NCBI RefSeq assembly: GCF_020745735.1
Contig: NC_083435.1
Span: forward strand, 48,484,498-48,548,497
DNA: 64,000 nucleotides
From: Hemiscyllium ocellatum
Lineage: Eukaryota
Direction of reading: 5' to 3'
Shown one piece after another: positions 24,400 to 37,884 of this stretch (within the stretch, counting starts at the first letter, position 1; the number at the start of each line of letters is the position of its first letter). A program made the position numbers and the translations under genes. The notes beneath the pieces were generated by a model. That model was not told where the DNA came from and did not search any database. It saw nothing but the letters and a program-made list of their open reading frames with translations.

Positions 24400-25160
24400 A
24401 AAGTCATACAGCATGGAAACAGACCTTTTGGTTCCCCCCAAAGTCCATGCTAACCATAATCCCAAACAAAACTAGTCCCACCACCTGCGCCTGGCCCATA
24501 TCCCTTCAATACTTTCCTGTTTGTCCAAATACCTTTTAAACATTGTAACTGAACCCGCATCCATTAATTCCTCATGAACCACTCTCTGTGTAGAACAAGT
24601 TGAACCTCATTTCCCTTTTAAATCTTTCTCCTCTCAGTTTAAAAGTATGTCCCCTAATGCTGAAGTCTAGGGGGGAATAAGCTCCCTAGTCCAAGGGGAA
24701 TTTTTCCTCACTATCAATCTTATGAACACCCCTCATTATTTTATACATCTCTCTATTGAGTAATAGAGGCGTACAGCACAGAAACAGATCCTTCGGTCCA
24801 ACTCGTCCATGCTGACCAGATATTCTAATTTAACCTAGTCCCATTTACCTGTACTTGTTCCATATCTCTCTAATCACTTCCTCTTCATATACAAACCCTG
24901 AAGTCTATCACCCGAGGGAAAAGACATCTGACATTCACCTTATATATGCTCCTTATTACACTATAAACCTCTGCAAGGTCACCCCTCAACCTTCAAGCTC
25001 CTTTCCATCTAAGTCAAACCCTCCAGTCCTGGCAACATCCTTGTAAATATTTTCTGAACAGTTTAACAATACCCCTCCTATAACAGGGAGACCAGAATTG
25101 GACACAGTATTCTAGAAGAGGCCTGTACAACCTCCACATGATGTCCTAACTCCTATACTC
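24400..25160 (-). mobile_element. Degraded CR1 3' fragments
   Basis: agtcatacagcatggaaacagacc and tacagcacagaaacagatccttcggtccaactcg are reverse-complement CR1 3' ends. Confidence 0.7.
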
Positions 25161-25312
25161 ATGGTCTGTGTAATGAAGGAAAAAGGCTTTCACCCAGAGG
25201 GTGGTGAGAAACTGAATTCACTGCCGGAAGGACATTACAGACTGAAGCTCTCAAATCATTGAAGAAGTATTCAGATGTGCACTTGCAATGCCAAGACATA
25301 CAAGGTGATGGG

Positions 25313-25478
25313 TCTTGAAGGAGAACCATTGCTGGTGTTTTTGAAGCTGTAGTCTGTCCTGTTTGCCCGAAACGTCAATTTTCCTGCTCCTTGGATGCTG
25401 CCTGACTTGCTGGGCTTTTCCAGCACCACTCTAACCTAGACTCTGATTTCCAGCATCTGCAGTCCTTGTTTTTACCTT
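25313..25478 (+). mobile_element. Short PLE tail insertion with a 15-bp TSD
   Basis: ATACAAGGTGATGGG at 25298-25312 and 25479-25493; contains gcccgaaacgtc..gatgctgcctgac..cagcatctgcagtc. Confidence 0.8.
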
Positions 25479-26876
25479 ATACAAGGTGATGGGCCGAGGG
25501 CTGAGAAATGCGATTACCATAGTTTGATGGTTGTTTATGACTGGCACAGAAGCAATGGGCTGAAGGGACTTGTTCTGCACTGTAGACCACTGCCATTCAA
25601 TAAACAACAGGACAATGAAGAGATTTTGATTGAGGTGTTGGCACTAACAATTGTCAATGTGGCAGTGCCACAAGATTGAGCTTTATTCTGACACACTGTC
25701 AGACCTGGGTTTGAACTCTGTTCTCGCTCTCTGCAGATGCTTCTGCACCTGCTAAATATCTTCATCACTCAGTGTTTATTTGTGGTTACAGAGAGGATCT
25801 GAGGCTGCAGAGATGAAATCTGATGGTTTGTTAGATATGGGAAGGCGAAGCAGACACTTCCTGATTGAAAATGAAAAATCAAACATAGAATTGTGAGGCT
25901 GTTAATCTATATTTTGTTCCACAAATCCAGACGACACAAGTTTCAGTACAACAGCAGATGCTTTATTCTCGGAGTGCAGCGCGAGATTCTCCATGTCCCT
26001 GAAAGTAGTTGTGTGTCTACTTGTGGTGATACAAAAGGTCTATAATCCACATGGTTGACTGTCGTTACATTGTTTAAGATGGGCAATTATAATTTTACAA
26101 GGTTCGGTGAATGTTGATGTCCTGCAATAACGACTGATTATCGTATTCTTCATGATCATGTATCATTGGGAAGAGATTAAAACTGAAGGGTTTTGCCTGT
26201 TTTCAATGGGGAATGCACATCCCTATGCTAATATGGAGAGGAAGCAAGATAATGGGAGCAGGAGGCAGTTTAACAGGGTTGTGGCCAAGGCTATCAGTCT
26301 TGGCTGGGGAGGACAAATACCGTTGCCTGAGGCCGCAGAGGAATCCACATGTGTGGCTGCAATGGATTCCTTCTTGGAGATTCAGTTATCCTACTGAGAT
26401 GTTCTGTCTATTCTGTAATTGATACTGTAGTGAGTCTGTTTCACAGTGGAATGTTTAACCCTTGAGTGCCCAGTATGCCTTGAAAGAGAATTAAAGCATG
26501 AAGTGATCCTTTTCTGGCTTTATAACGTCCTCACCAAACTCCTCCTGTCAGATATAAACCAGCCCCTCGCTCACTGACACCAATCACCCCCTGTTGAATA
26601 TAAACCACCCCACAGACACAAATCTCCCCATGTCTGATTTCACCCTGTCCCACAGACAGTGACAACATTTTCCTCCAGTCTGATATCAACCAGCCCCACA
26701 GTCACTAACACCAATCTCTGCCTGTCTGATATCAACCAGCCCCACAGTCACTGACGCCACTCTCCCTCTGTCTGCTATAAATCAGCCACACAGGCACTGA
26801 CTCCAGTCTCTGCCTGTCTGCTATAAACCAGCCCCACAGACATTGACGCCAATCTCTGCCTGTCTGATATAAACCA

Positions 26877-27063
26877 ACTAGTTAAAAACAAGGGCTGCAG
26901 ATGCTGGAAACCAGAATCTAGATGAGAGTGGTGCTGGAAAAGCACAGCAGGTCAGTCAGCATCCGAGGACCAGGAAAATCGACATGTCGGGCAAAAACCC
27001 TTCATCAGGGATAGAGGCAGGGAGCCTGCAGAGTGGAAAGATCTTGTAGACAGACGAGGAAAA
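26877..27063 (-). mobile_element. About 190-bp PLE mini-element (tail fused to head) with a 13-bp TSD; a sister copy lies at about 28391-28568
   Basis: CTGATATAAACCA at 26864-26876 and 27064-27076; matches both the tail (6123-6255) and the head (gaggaaaacttcttcaag, about 9478) of the large PLE. Confidence 0.75.
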
Positions 27064-27339
27064 CTGATATAAACCAGGCCCACAGTCACAAATCTCCCCA
27101 TGTCTGATTTCACCCTGTCCCACAGACAGTGACAACATTTTCCTCCAGTCTGATATAAACCAGCCCCACAGTCACTAACACCAATCTCCCCCAGTCTGAT
27201 ATAAACCAGTCCCACAGTCACAAACACCAATCACCCTCAGTCTGATATAAACCAGCCCCACAATCACTAACACCAATCTCCCCCAGTCTGATATAACCCA
27301 GTCCCACAGTCACTGACGTTAATCTCTGCCTGTCTGATA

Positions 27340-28314
27340 GGAGAAAGTGAAGACTGCAGATGCTGGAGATCAGAGCTGAAAATGTGTTGCTGGAAAAGCG
27401 CAGCAGGTCAGGCAGCATCCAAAGAGCAGGAGAATCGACGTTTCGGGCATGAGCCCTTCTTCAGGAATGAGGAAAGTGTGTCCAGCAGGCTAAGATAAAA
27501 GGTAGGGAGGAGGGACTTGGGGGAGGCGCGTTGGAAATGGGATAGGTGGAAGGAGGTCAAGGTGAGGGTGATAGGCCGGAGTGGGAGTGGGGGCGTAGAG
27601 GTCAGGAAGAAGATTGCAGGTTAGGAAGGCGGTGCTGAGTTCAAGGGATTTGACTGAGACAAGGTGGGGGAAATGAGGAAGCTGGAGAAATCTAGGTTCA
27701 TCCCTTATTGTTGGAGGGTTCCTAGGCAGAAGATGAGGCGCTCTTCCCCCAATGATGGGCAGACAGGCTGCCTACTTGCGGAACATTTCAGGGAACACCT
27801 CTGGGACACCCGGACCAAGCAACCCAACCACCCCGTGGTTCAACACTTCAACTCCCCCTCCCACTCCACCAAGGACATGCATGTCCTTGGACTCCTCCAT
27901 CGCCAGACCATAGCAACAAGACAGTTGGAGGAAGAGCGCCTCATTTTCTGCCTAGTAACCCTCCAACCACAAGGGATGAAACTAGATTTCTCCAGCTTCC
28001 TCATTTCCCCAGCCCCCACCTCGTCTCAGTCAAATCCCTCGAACTCAGCACCGCCTTCCTAACCTGCAATCTTCTTCCTGACCTCTCCGCCCCCACCCCC
28101 ACTCTGGCCTATCACCATCACCATCACCTTGACCTCCTTCCACCTATCGCATTTCCAACACCCCTCCCCCAAGTCCCTCCTCCCTACCTTTTATCTTAGC
28201 CTGCTGGACACACTTTCCTCATTCCTGAAGAAGGGCTCATGCCCGAAACGTCGATTCTCCTGCTCTTTGGATGCTGCCTGACCTGCTGCGCTTTTCCAGC
28301 AACACATTTTTCAG
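27340..28314. mobile_element. Palindromic PLE derivative with GIY-YIG C-terminus and a 16-bp TSD
   Basis: CTCTGCCTGTCTGATA at 27324-27339 and 28315-28330; inverted arms about 27372-27745 and 27930-28314; centre reads LAEHFREHL..EEERLIFCLVTLQPQG. Confidence 0.88.
28223..28254 (+). ncRNA. Minimal type I hammerhead core (PLE family A); mirror copy at 27435-27466 on the - strand
   Basis: CTGAAGA (28225-31), A, GGGC-TCAT-GCCC, GAAA, CG, TC: palindromic ACGT stem III and GUC site; stem I is only 2 bp. Confidence 0.55.
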
Positions 28315-28579
28315 CTCTGCCTGTCTGATATAAACCAGCCCCACAGACACTGACGCTAATCTCTGCCTGTCTGATATAAACCAATTAATTGAAAACAATG
28401 ACTGCAGATGCTGGAAACCAGAGTCTAGATGAGAGTGGAGCTGGAAAAACACAGGCAGCATCCAAGGAGCAGGAAAATCGACGTGTCGGGCAAAAACCCT
28501 TCAGGAATAGAGGCAGGAGCCTGCAGAGTGGAAAGATCTTGTAGACAGAGGAGGAAAACTTCTTCAAGACAAAAAAGAC

Positions 28580-29770
28580 TGAGTGTATGCCTCTCATAAT
28601 TTTGTGCAGTTCTATAAGATCCCCTCTCAGTCTCCTAGACTGCCAAGAAAAGAAGTTCTAGCTTGTTCAGCCTCTCCTTATAACACTGAGTGCGAGCAAC
28701 ATCCTTAGAAATTTCTTCTGCACACATTCCAGTTTAATAACATCCTTCCTCGAGCAAGGTGACTAAAACAGAACACATGCTCCAACTGCAGCCTCACCCA
28801 CCTCCTGTATAACTGTCGGTTTTTGTGAAGACAGAACTAAAGTATGTATACAATTGCTCAGCTGTTTCGTTGTCCTTTGTTATACATTTCCCCAATTTCC
28901 ATCTGTAGGGACCTACATTTGTCTTCATCAATCTCTTCCTCTTCATGTACTGTAGAACCTTGTAGCATCAGTCTTCATGCTCCCTGCAAGCTTACTTTCT
29001 TTTGTACTGTTTTCCCCATCTTAATCAATCCCTTGGTCCTTCTTTGCTGAATTCAAAACCGCTCTCAAACATCAGACCTATTATTTTTCTTGGCCCATTT
29101 CTATGCTATTTCCTTCAATTGGATGGTATCTAATTTCCTTTATAAGCCATGGATTGGCCCTGTTACCCATTTTGCTTTTGTACCAGACAGGAATAAATAG
29201 TTGTTGCAGATCCCCCATGATTTCCTTGAATATTTGCCAATGCCTATCTACTGTCACACCTTTAAGCAACTGTCACTGATCTATCAATGCCAACTCATGC
29301 CTTATATATCTTCATAGTTTCCTTTATTAAAATTCAGCACCCTAGTCTCCAAATCAGCTGGCTCACTCTCCATCTTGATAAAAAAGTTGTATCATGTCAC
29401 TCATCCCCAAGGAGTCTCACGCAGCTAGATTGGCAATGATTCCCTTCTCATTACACAGTACCCAGTCTAAGATGGCCTGCTCTCTAGTTGGTTCATCCAC
29501 ATATTGGTTAAGAAAACCATCCCACATGTACTCCAGGAATTTTTCCTCTAAGACATTGTGGCTAATTTGATTTGTCCAATCTAGATGCAGATTAAAATCA
29601 CCCATGATCACAGATGTCTCCATATCACATGCATGGCTAATTTCCTGTTTAATACTATTCCGATATGACCACTGCAGTCTGGGGGTCTGTGTATGACACC
29701 CACTAATGTTTTTTGTCCTTTGGTATTTCACAGCTCCACCCATACAGTCTCCACATTGTCAAAGCTAATG
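28580..29770 (-). mobile_element. CR1 fragments (RT end and endonuclease domain)
   Basis: VIMGDFNLHLDW..FLNQYVDEPTREQAILDWVLCN (29417-29743). Confidence 0.75.
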
Positions 29771-30139
29771 TCCTAAAAAGAGATGAACAAAAATACGTGA
29801 CCAGGAATTGAGATATTTCTGCTCAAATATTGATCTTGGTTTGATGCTAATTAGCCTTGTCGACTTTCAATGAATTGCTTCATAAAATCTGGGACCACCA
29901 GCAGAAGGTGATGAGTTAGAACATTTGTGGAATTGCTTTCTCAGTAAATGAACATAGATACATTTTGTTGAGTTTTTCACAGTAGATGACAGTGCTTCTC
30001 CAGCAGGTGGAAGTGACGGCTGATAGTAGATCCTTCAACCAACACCTTCACTCATAAAAAGTTAAGGCACACAAAAGGTTGACTGAGGCTACTTAGTTTA
30101 ACATCATTTATTGAAAAAAATGGTGGAGTCTTTAAAAAA

Positions 30140-32560
30140 GGATGTTACAGCAGAAAACTGAGAATGGCTTTACAAAATGGAAATCTTGCCTGATAAATGT
30201 ATTGGAATTCTTGGAGAAAATGGAGGAAACCGTGATTGTAATATGTTTTGATTTTCTGAAGGTGTTTGATAGCACCCATGCATAAGATTACTAAATGAGA
30301 AAGGAGCCTTGGCTTTGGAGGGACTGTATTAATGTGGAGAGAGGATTTTTGAAATCCCAATCAGAAAAGTTTGATGAAGTGTTTTATTTTACAGGGTGTC
30401 AAAGTGTGGAGTACCACATAAATCTGTGCTGGGGGACAAAAAAAATTTACGAAGTATTTTGATGACTTAGATGAGGAAAGTGAATATATTGTAGGCAAGT
30501 TTGCAAATGACACAAAAATTGGAGCGGAGACAAGTGGTGAGTATGACACAAAAAGAAGTTTGTGGAGCGATACAGATAGGACAAGAGTGAACAAGGAGCT
30601 TTGCACATTAATGTAATGTGGATTAAATAAATGAGAACAGACATAAACCGTGAACTTGTGCATTTTAACAGGCAAGATAGAGATTGAATTCAGAAATCTA
30701 CAGGAAGTCTGCATCTCCGAACCACAAAAAGTTAGCTTTTAATTTCAACTGTCAATACAGATGGCAAATGTCATGTTGGGGTTTGTTTAAAAACTAATGG
30801 AATATTGAGATTAGGAACAGTCAGATAGAGCAGCGAATGTGTAGCTGAGGAGCTGCTGCAGGGGTTAGGATTCCCATTTTTCAATCACTGGGATCTCTTC
30901 AGGGATAGAAATGACCTATATAAGAGGGGACCGATATTCTTGTGGGGAAATTTGCTAGCAGTATGCTGAAGGTTTTAAATTAGTAAGGGGGATGGTGGGA
31001 ACCAACAAGATAGTGAGAAAAGAGAAATGTTTGAGGTGAGATGTGGTGAGCAATTCTAGGCGTCAAGGCAGACAACAGTTTGGCAAGAGCAAGGTAAGAC
31101 TGCTAAACTGCATTTACTTCGATGCAAGAGATCTGACATGTGAGACAGATGAACATAGGGCATAGATGGGAATGTGGGACAAGGATAACATTACCATTAC
31201 AGAAATGTGGGTCAGGGATGAACAGGACTGGCAACTTAATGTTCCAGGATACAGATGTTATAGAATGTATAGACAGAGGAGCAAGAGAGGAGATGGAGTG
31301 GTGATTTTGAATGGAAAGAACATTACAGCTGGATGTAGAGAGGATATTTCTTGGAGACTGCTCAGTGAAGTTATATGGATGAAACTTAAAAATAAGAAAG
31401 AGGTGATGACCTTGCTGGGATTGTAAAATAATAGTCAGTGGGAAATTTACAAGCGATTATGCTATCTGTAAGAAAAGAGGATAATGGTAGGGAATTTTAA
31501 CTTTCCAAACAGAATTTGGGGGAATGTTAAGATCTTGGAATGTGGAGAAATTGGTTAAGTGTGTACAAGAAAATGTTGTTATTCAATATGTGGATGCACC
31601 TACTGCACAGTTCGCAATACTTGACCTTCTGTTGGGAATCAAGGCAGGACAAGTGACTGAGGTGTCTGTAGGGGCACACTTCAGGGAAAGTGATCATAAT
31701 TCTATTGGTTTAATAATAATGATGAGAAAGGACAGAATTGATTTAAAAATGCAAGTTTCAAATTGGAATGTGGCCAGTTTCGATGGTAGAAGACTTTGAG
31801 AAGTTGGTTGAGGGAGATTATTCTCAGGTAAAGGGACAGCTGACAAGTGGGAGGCCTTTAAGAATGAGACAATGAGAGTTCAGTGATGGTATGTTTCTGT
31901 TTGTGTGAAGGGCAAGGCATGGGAAAAGCTCAATGATGAGGGAAATTGCAACTCCTGTCCAGAAAACGAAGGGGGCATTCATCAGATATAGACAGCTGGG
32001 ATTGAGTGAATCCTGAGAAGGGTGTAAAGGCAGTCGGAGTATACTTAACCAGGAAATCATGAGGGACAAAAGGGGGCATGAAATTGCTTTGGCAAATAGA
32101 ATTAAGGAGAATCCAAAAAGATTCTAAAATTATTTTAAGGTTAAAAGAATAACTAAGGAGAGAATACAGCCCTTAAAGATCAACATGGCTTTCCATACAT
32201 GGAACCACAGGAGATGGCTGAGACACTAAGCAAATATTTTGTATCAATATGTACAGTAGACAGGAGCATAGAAGCTAAGGAACTTGGGAAATAAATAATA
32301 TGATCTTAAAATGAGTTCATCTTACAGAAGAGGAGGTGTTGGAGGTCTTACAGTAGAAAAATGGAAATAAATCCTGGAGACCTGGTTAGGTTTTCTCAGA
32401 ACTTTGTGGGAAGCTAGGGAAGAGATTCGTGGACCCCTTGCTGAGATATTTGTATCGGTGATAATCATAGATGAGATGCCAGAAGACTGGAGAGTGACTA
32501 ATGTGGCAGCATTATTGAAGAAAGTTGTATGGAAAAGCCAGGGAACCATAAACTGGTGAG
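30140..32560 (+). mobile_element. Degraded CR1 fragments (RT piece, then endonuclease and linker)
   Basis: ITITEMW..DWQLNVPGYRCYR (31166-31426), QYVDAPT..AILDLLLG (31524-31799), decayed KFANDTK near 30500. Confidence 0.75.
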
Positions 32561-32709
32561 CCTTTCACACCAGAGATGCTGCCAGACCTTCTGAACATTT
32601 CCAACAGTTTCTGTTTTTGTTTCTGATACACAGCATCCACAGTTCTTTCAGTTTTTACTTAGTAGTCAGAGAGCATTACGTTTTGGATGGGAGGCCTGTT
32701 CGAACATAA

Positions 32710-33930
32710 CAACATCCAAACATTAGAAATACGATCAGGAGTAGGCCGTCTGACCCCATGAGTCTGCTCTGCCTTTCAATAACATCATGGATCATCTTTC
32801 AATGGACTAAGATTCCACTTACCCACCCGCTCGCTATAACCCTCCATTCCTTTACTGTTAAAAAATCTATTTTCACCTTTAAAACATTCAACAGGTTGGC
32901 CTCAGCTGCTTCACTGGGCAGGGAATTCCACAGCTTCACAACCCTTTGGGTGAAGATGTTGATCCTCAACTCAGTCCTAAATCTGTTGCCCTTATTTTAA
33001 TGTTATGCCCCGTCATTCTAATTTCACCCACCAGTGGAAATAGCATCCCTGCTTCTGTCTTATCTATCCCATTTATAATTTTACAACCCCCCTCCCACAT
33101 TCTTCTGAATTCCAATGAGTATACTCCCAGTCTGCTCAATCTCTCCTCACAAGCCAACCCCGTCATTTCCAGAATCAACGTAATCAACCTCCTCAGCAAA
33201 CCCCACCCCAGTGCCATCTCATGTAAGGTGATGAAAAGTGTACAGAATACTTCAGACATGGTCACACCAGCGCCCTATACAGCTGCAACAGAAAGTCCTA
33301 ATTTTAAACTCTATCCACAGCCAATGAAGGACATTATTCCATTTGTCTTCCTAATTAGCTACTGTACCTGCAAACCATACTTTCTTGTTTCATGCACAAG
33401 AACAGCCAAGTCCCCCTGCACAGCAGTATTCTGTTTGTTATTATTCCTACCAAAATGGATGACCTCACGTTTACTAACATTGTACTCCATCTGCCAGACT
33501 CTTGCCCACTTACTTAACCTATCTATATCCTCCTGCACACTTTGCTGTATCACTCATTTAAGTGCCTTCTGCGAACTACAACACACTATACTTGGATCTC
33601 TAACTCGAAGCAATCTACCTGAATTGTAAACAATTGCAGTGCCAACACTCATCCCTGAGACATACCACTCGCCACTGATTGCCAACCAGAAAAACACCCA
33701 TTTATCCCCACATTTTGCATTCTGTTAGTTAACCAGTTTTCTGTCCATCCTAATGCATTGCACGTAACACTGTGCTTCTTTATCTTATGCAGCAGCCTTT
33801 TGTGCAGCACCTTGCTGAATGCCTTTTGGAAATCCAGATACACCACGTTCACCAGTTCCCCATTGTCTACCACGCTCATTATGACCTCAAAGAATTCCAG
33901 TTAATCTGTTAAACATGACCTGCCTTTCAT
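32710..33930 (-). mobile_element. Degraded CR1 3' part
   Basis: VVYLDFQKAFSKVLHKRLL (33649-33879), IDRLSKWARVWQMEYN (33359-33553). Confidence 0.8.
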
Positions 33931-33949
33931 GAACCCAAGCTTTATTAAA

Positions 33950-35330
33950 TAAATGCGAGGTGCTGCATTTTTGTAAGGCAAACCAGGGCAAGACTTGTAC
34001 AATTAATGGCTGGGCCTTGGGGAGTGTTGCTGAGCAAAGAAACCAAAGGGTGCAGATGCATCATTCCTTGAAAGTGGAGCTGCAGGTAGACAGGGTGGGG
34101 AAGAAGGTGTTTGGCAAGCTTTCCTTCATTGGTCATAACATTAAGTGTAGGAGTCGACATGTCATATCTCAGCTGTACAGAACATTTGTGAGGCCACGTT
34201 TAGAATTATTACAGACAAATCTGGCTGACCATTTCTATGAAGGATTTTGTGAAACTTGAGGGGATGTAGAAACGATTTCCAAGAATGATGCTGGAACTGG
34301 AGTGTTTAAGGTATAAGGTGAAGCTGAATAGACTGGGGCTTTTCTTTACCCTACAGTGAGAGGAAAGGAGGCTGAGGAGTGGCCTGAACAAGACCCTATA
34401 ACATCATGGAGGGCATTGATATGGTGAATAGCCAAGGCCTTTTTCCTCGAGTGGAAGAGTCCAAAACTAGAGGACAGCAGATTAAGGTGAGAGGAGAAAC
34501 GTTTGAAAAGAACCTGAGGGTAACCTTTTCACGTGTATGTATGGAAACAGCTGCCAGTGGTAGTGGGGGAGGTGGGTTCAATTACTGCATTTAAAAGGCA
34601 CCTGGATGGGTGTATGAACAGGGAATATTTAGAGAAAGATAGGCCAAATGTCTGGCAAATGGTAGTCAGTCAGGTTGGGATATCTGGGCAGTGCAGTTGG
34701 ACCGAGGGGTCTGTTTCTGTGCCTGTGTTTGTATGACGATAATGTTTGTTTAAACTGAAAAGAAGCTGTATTTTTACCACAGCTGGAATACTGTGGACTG
34801 TTCTTGGGACTCATATCACAAAGAAAAGGTACACTGGACTGTGAGACAATCCACACGAGGTTTAGCCGACTGATCCTGAGGATGGAGGGACTGTCTTGAG
34901 AGTAGAGACTGAGTCGTTTGGGCCTATACTCATTAGAACATAGAAGATTCAGTGGTGACATTCTGAAACATCTATTATTTTCAGGAAACTTGATGGTGTA
35001 AATGCAGAAATGTTGTTTCCCCTTGTGGGAGAGGTTCGGACCAGTGAGTAAAATCTCTGAATTAGAGGTCACAAATGTCAGGCAGAACAGAATTTTGTCT
35101 CCCAGAATGTAGTGAATGTGTGGAATTTGTTTCCATAGAACACTGTCGAAGCTGGATCATTCAGTATTTTGAAGGCTGAAATGGGCAGGTTTTGATTTGG
35201 GAATTGAATCAATGCTTACAGTTAAACGTTGAAAAGTGGAGGTGAGGATTATCAGCTCAGCTATGATGTCATTGTTTGGAAGCTCAAACCCCATTGGCTG
35301 AACAGACTGCTTCTGGTTCCCTCTCATTGA
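33950..35330 (+). mobile_element. Two tandem CR1 3' fragments
   Basis: LHFCKANQG..QLYRTFVRPRLE; second copy SLYSLEHRRFSGD-like with its own 3' UTR. Confidence 0.7.
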
Positions 35331-37665
35331 CTTTTGCTCGAAGTTAGTCTTTTCAGAATTATATAGGTCTCATCGAAATTAACCTCCATTTCATGTTTGA
35401 AGCCCAGCTGCTTCAATCCCTCCTCATCATGAAAAAAGACAGGGATCATCTTTTTCACTGTTTGATGGCATTGCATTCTGCCTCTAATGCAGTGACTACA
35501 TTTATAGTCCTCCAGTTGTGTTGAATATTTGTCAAACACAACCAAGGCTGTCACAGAAAAGGTTAAAGACAGATCAAAACTACATTTAAACTACCATATC
35601 AAGCACACTGTCGGCATGTGTTGCATGGAATACACACACATTGCATATTAAAGCTCTCTCAGTACTCATCCATTAAACACTGCAAGGGTTGTTCAGAGAT
35701 GATTTGCTTATGTGTGTGTGTATGTCTGTGCCTGTAGATGATAATCTACTTGTATAACAAAGTTTCGATGCATAGTATCAAGCATTTCAATATGCTGGTA
35801 TCAAGCATTTCAAAATCAGAAAGACAGTGGGTAGGAGTTCAAGCCCCTTTACACCGCTACATCAAATGTTTTCCGTGATTGTACAGCTCATGTAATGTGC
35901 TGGGTAAATCTCCCTCTATATTGTGTTGTCCAATGCAATCATGTCAAATATATTTTGGTTTAGACACAGAGTAGAGCTGCATCCAGGATTCCCTAAAAAG
36001 AATCCTCCCAGAGTCAATACAGAATAAATTGACCTCTACAATATTAAACCTTCCATGAGATGTGCAGTGTAAGGTTAATTATAGACTAAATATGCATTAC
36101 ACTGAACCATTAAACATTCCTCAGACAAGAATAATAGTGCTGAGATACAATGAAAACACTAACACAGTAAAGTCTTGCAGACTCATTCCTATCAAGCATT
36201 TCCAGATCACTCAATACTCAGACAGAGTTTTGAGAAAATCTTGCTGTCCTGACTCAAATCTCTCGAAAGAAATGGATGAATTTGGCTGAGAGGCAATGTT
36301 GGTGAGGTGTTGGCTTCATGTTATTGAGGAAAACATTGTCCTATTGTGGAGAGGCAAAACAAGGCATCAGAGATAAAGGAAAAAGGGGGAAGGCAGGAGG
36401 GGAAGAGAGAAAAAGAGACACAGAAATATTAGCTGTGCCAATGTATCTCTTAATTATAGTTTTTTGACTAAACATGACAATTGATACCTCTGTCATTCAA
36501 CAATCATACAACTTATGTATTAAAATGTCCTAACATCAATTAGTATTGGAATCCATTGAGTTATTTGCATTTTTTCCACAATTCGTGTGATGTGCTTGTG
36601 GGGAAATATAAATTAGGGTTTTGTGGTTCTGTAATCTATTCTGAGAATTCTATTTCTGTGTTTATTTACATAAATGCTTAATTGGTTTCAAGGAAGTGAT
36701 GGTGGCAGCAAAGCCAGGTGAATGAAGTGATTTGTTGGTAAGTTTCAAATCGAAACAAGTTTATTTTAAGAATGTTGACCATTTGCAGAAGTGAATAAAA
36801 ATTTATGAAGCCGAATTGCAACAGATTTTATTTATTTCTGAAAGATAAATAATTTAAAACTTTTATTTAGGTTAACAATTCAGTGCTGAAAATTCTGCAA
36901 ATTTAGAATATTCACGTGAAATACAGGAACTGCCACAACAATTACATTTAATTGATAGTTGTTACGAGGTTTCGTTACACGTATTACTTAATGGTAAGGG
37001 TCAGCAATGAGTCCCTATCCCCAACTGCCCATTGAATAGCCTGCTAAAGCCACTTCAAAACACAGTCAATTACTTCCTAGTGGGTCTGGAATCTCATGTC
37101 GGCCAGACCATGTAAAGGTGACAGATGCCTTGTCATTCGTGAACCAGCTGTTTTTGTATTTTTCCATTGACTCGGGTTACATGGTCATCATTTGCCTTCC
37201 TTTCTGATTCCAGGATTTCTTTAAATTCACATTTCACTCTGGGCAAACGATGATATTCCAAACCCTGGCCATCCAACATCAAACTGGAGTTCGAGAATAC
37301 TGGTCCCATGATATCATCACTGTGATCCGAATGTTGGAAATGTACAGAAAGCACAGAAATGCAATAAATCTGACACTTTACATCATGAACAAATATTGGA
37401 GTGAAATACTGGCAAGAACTCTCTTGCTGTTCACAGCAACATCACAGGAGACTCACCAATCTAAAATCTGTATCGGACTCTGTATGAAGAGCCTGACTCA
37501 CTGTAATTAGCATTTGTTGAATTCTTCACTGAATTATGATAACGTTAGTCACATATCCCAAGAAGGTGGCCATCAGCTCCCTTTTTGAAGGCCTGCCATT
37601 TTGTTCGGCTAATTATGGTTGATCTTTCTTAAGAAGATTTATTCCAACCAAATGGCTTCTCAGTC

Positions 37666-37884
37666 GAGACTGTAGTGCTGTAAAAGTACAGCAGGTCAGG
37701 CAGCATCCGAGGAGCAGGAGAATCGATGTTTTGGGCATAAGGCTTTCATTAAGATACCTGATGTAGTTGTTATGGCTGGAACATTGATTCTCCTGCTTCT
37801 TGGATGCTGCCTGACCTGCTGTGCTTTTCCAGCACTACACTCTCAACTCAGATCTCCAGCACCTGCTGTCCTCACTTTCTCCTG
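37666..37884. mobile_element. Older palindromic PLE mini-element
   Basis: Inverted cagcaggtcaggcagcatcc and ggatgctgcctgacctgctg arms; degenerate TSD atggcttctcagtc (37652-65) / atgggtttcttagtc (37885-99). Confidence 0.7.

Larger units (their letters stand above)
26545..28383. repeat. 46-bp minisatellite interrupted by PLE derivatives
   Basis: Unit ctgatataaaccagccccacagtcactgacaccaatctctgcctgt at about 26545-26876, 27064-27339 and 28315-28383. Confidence 0.9.

Noticed and set aside
28818-28850. RSS nonamer GGTTTTTGT
   Set aside because: No CACTGTG-like heptamer at 12 or 22-23 bp spacing, and no adjacent Ig segment.
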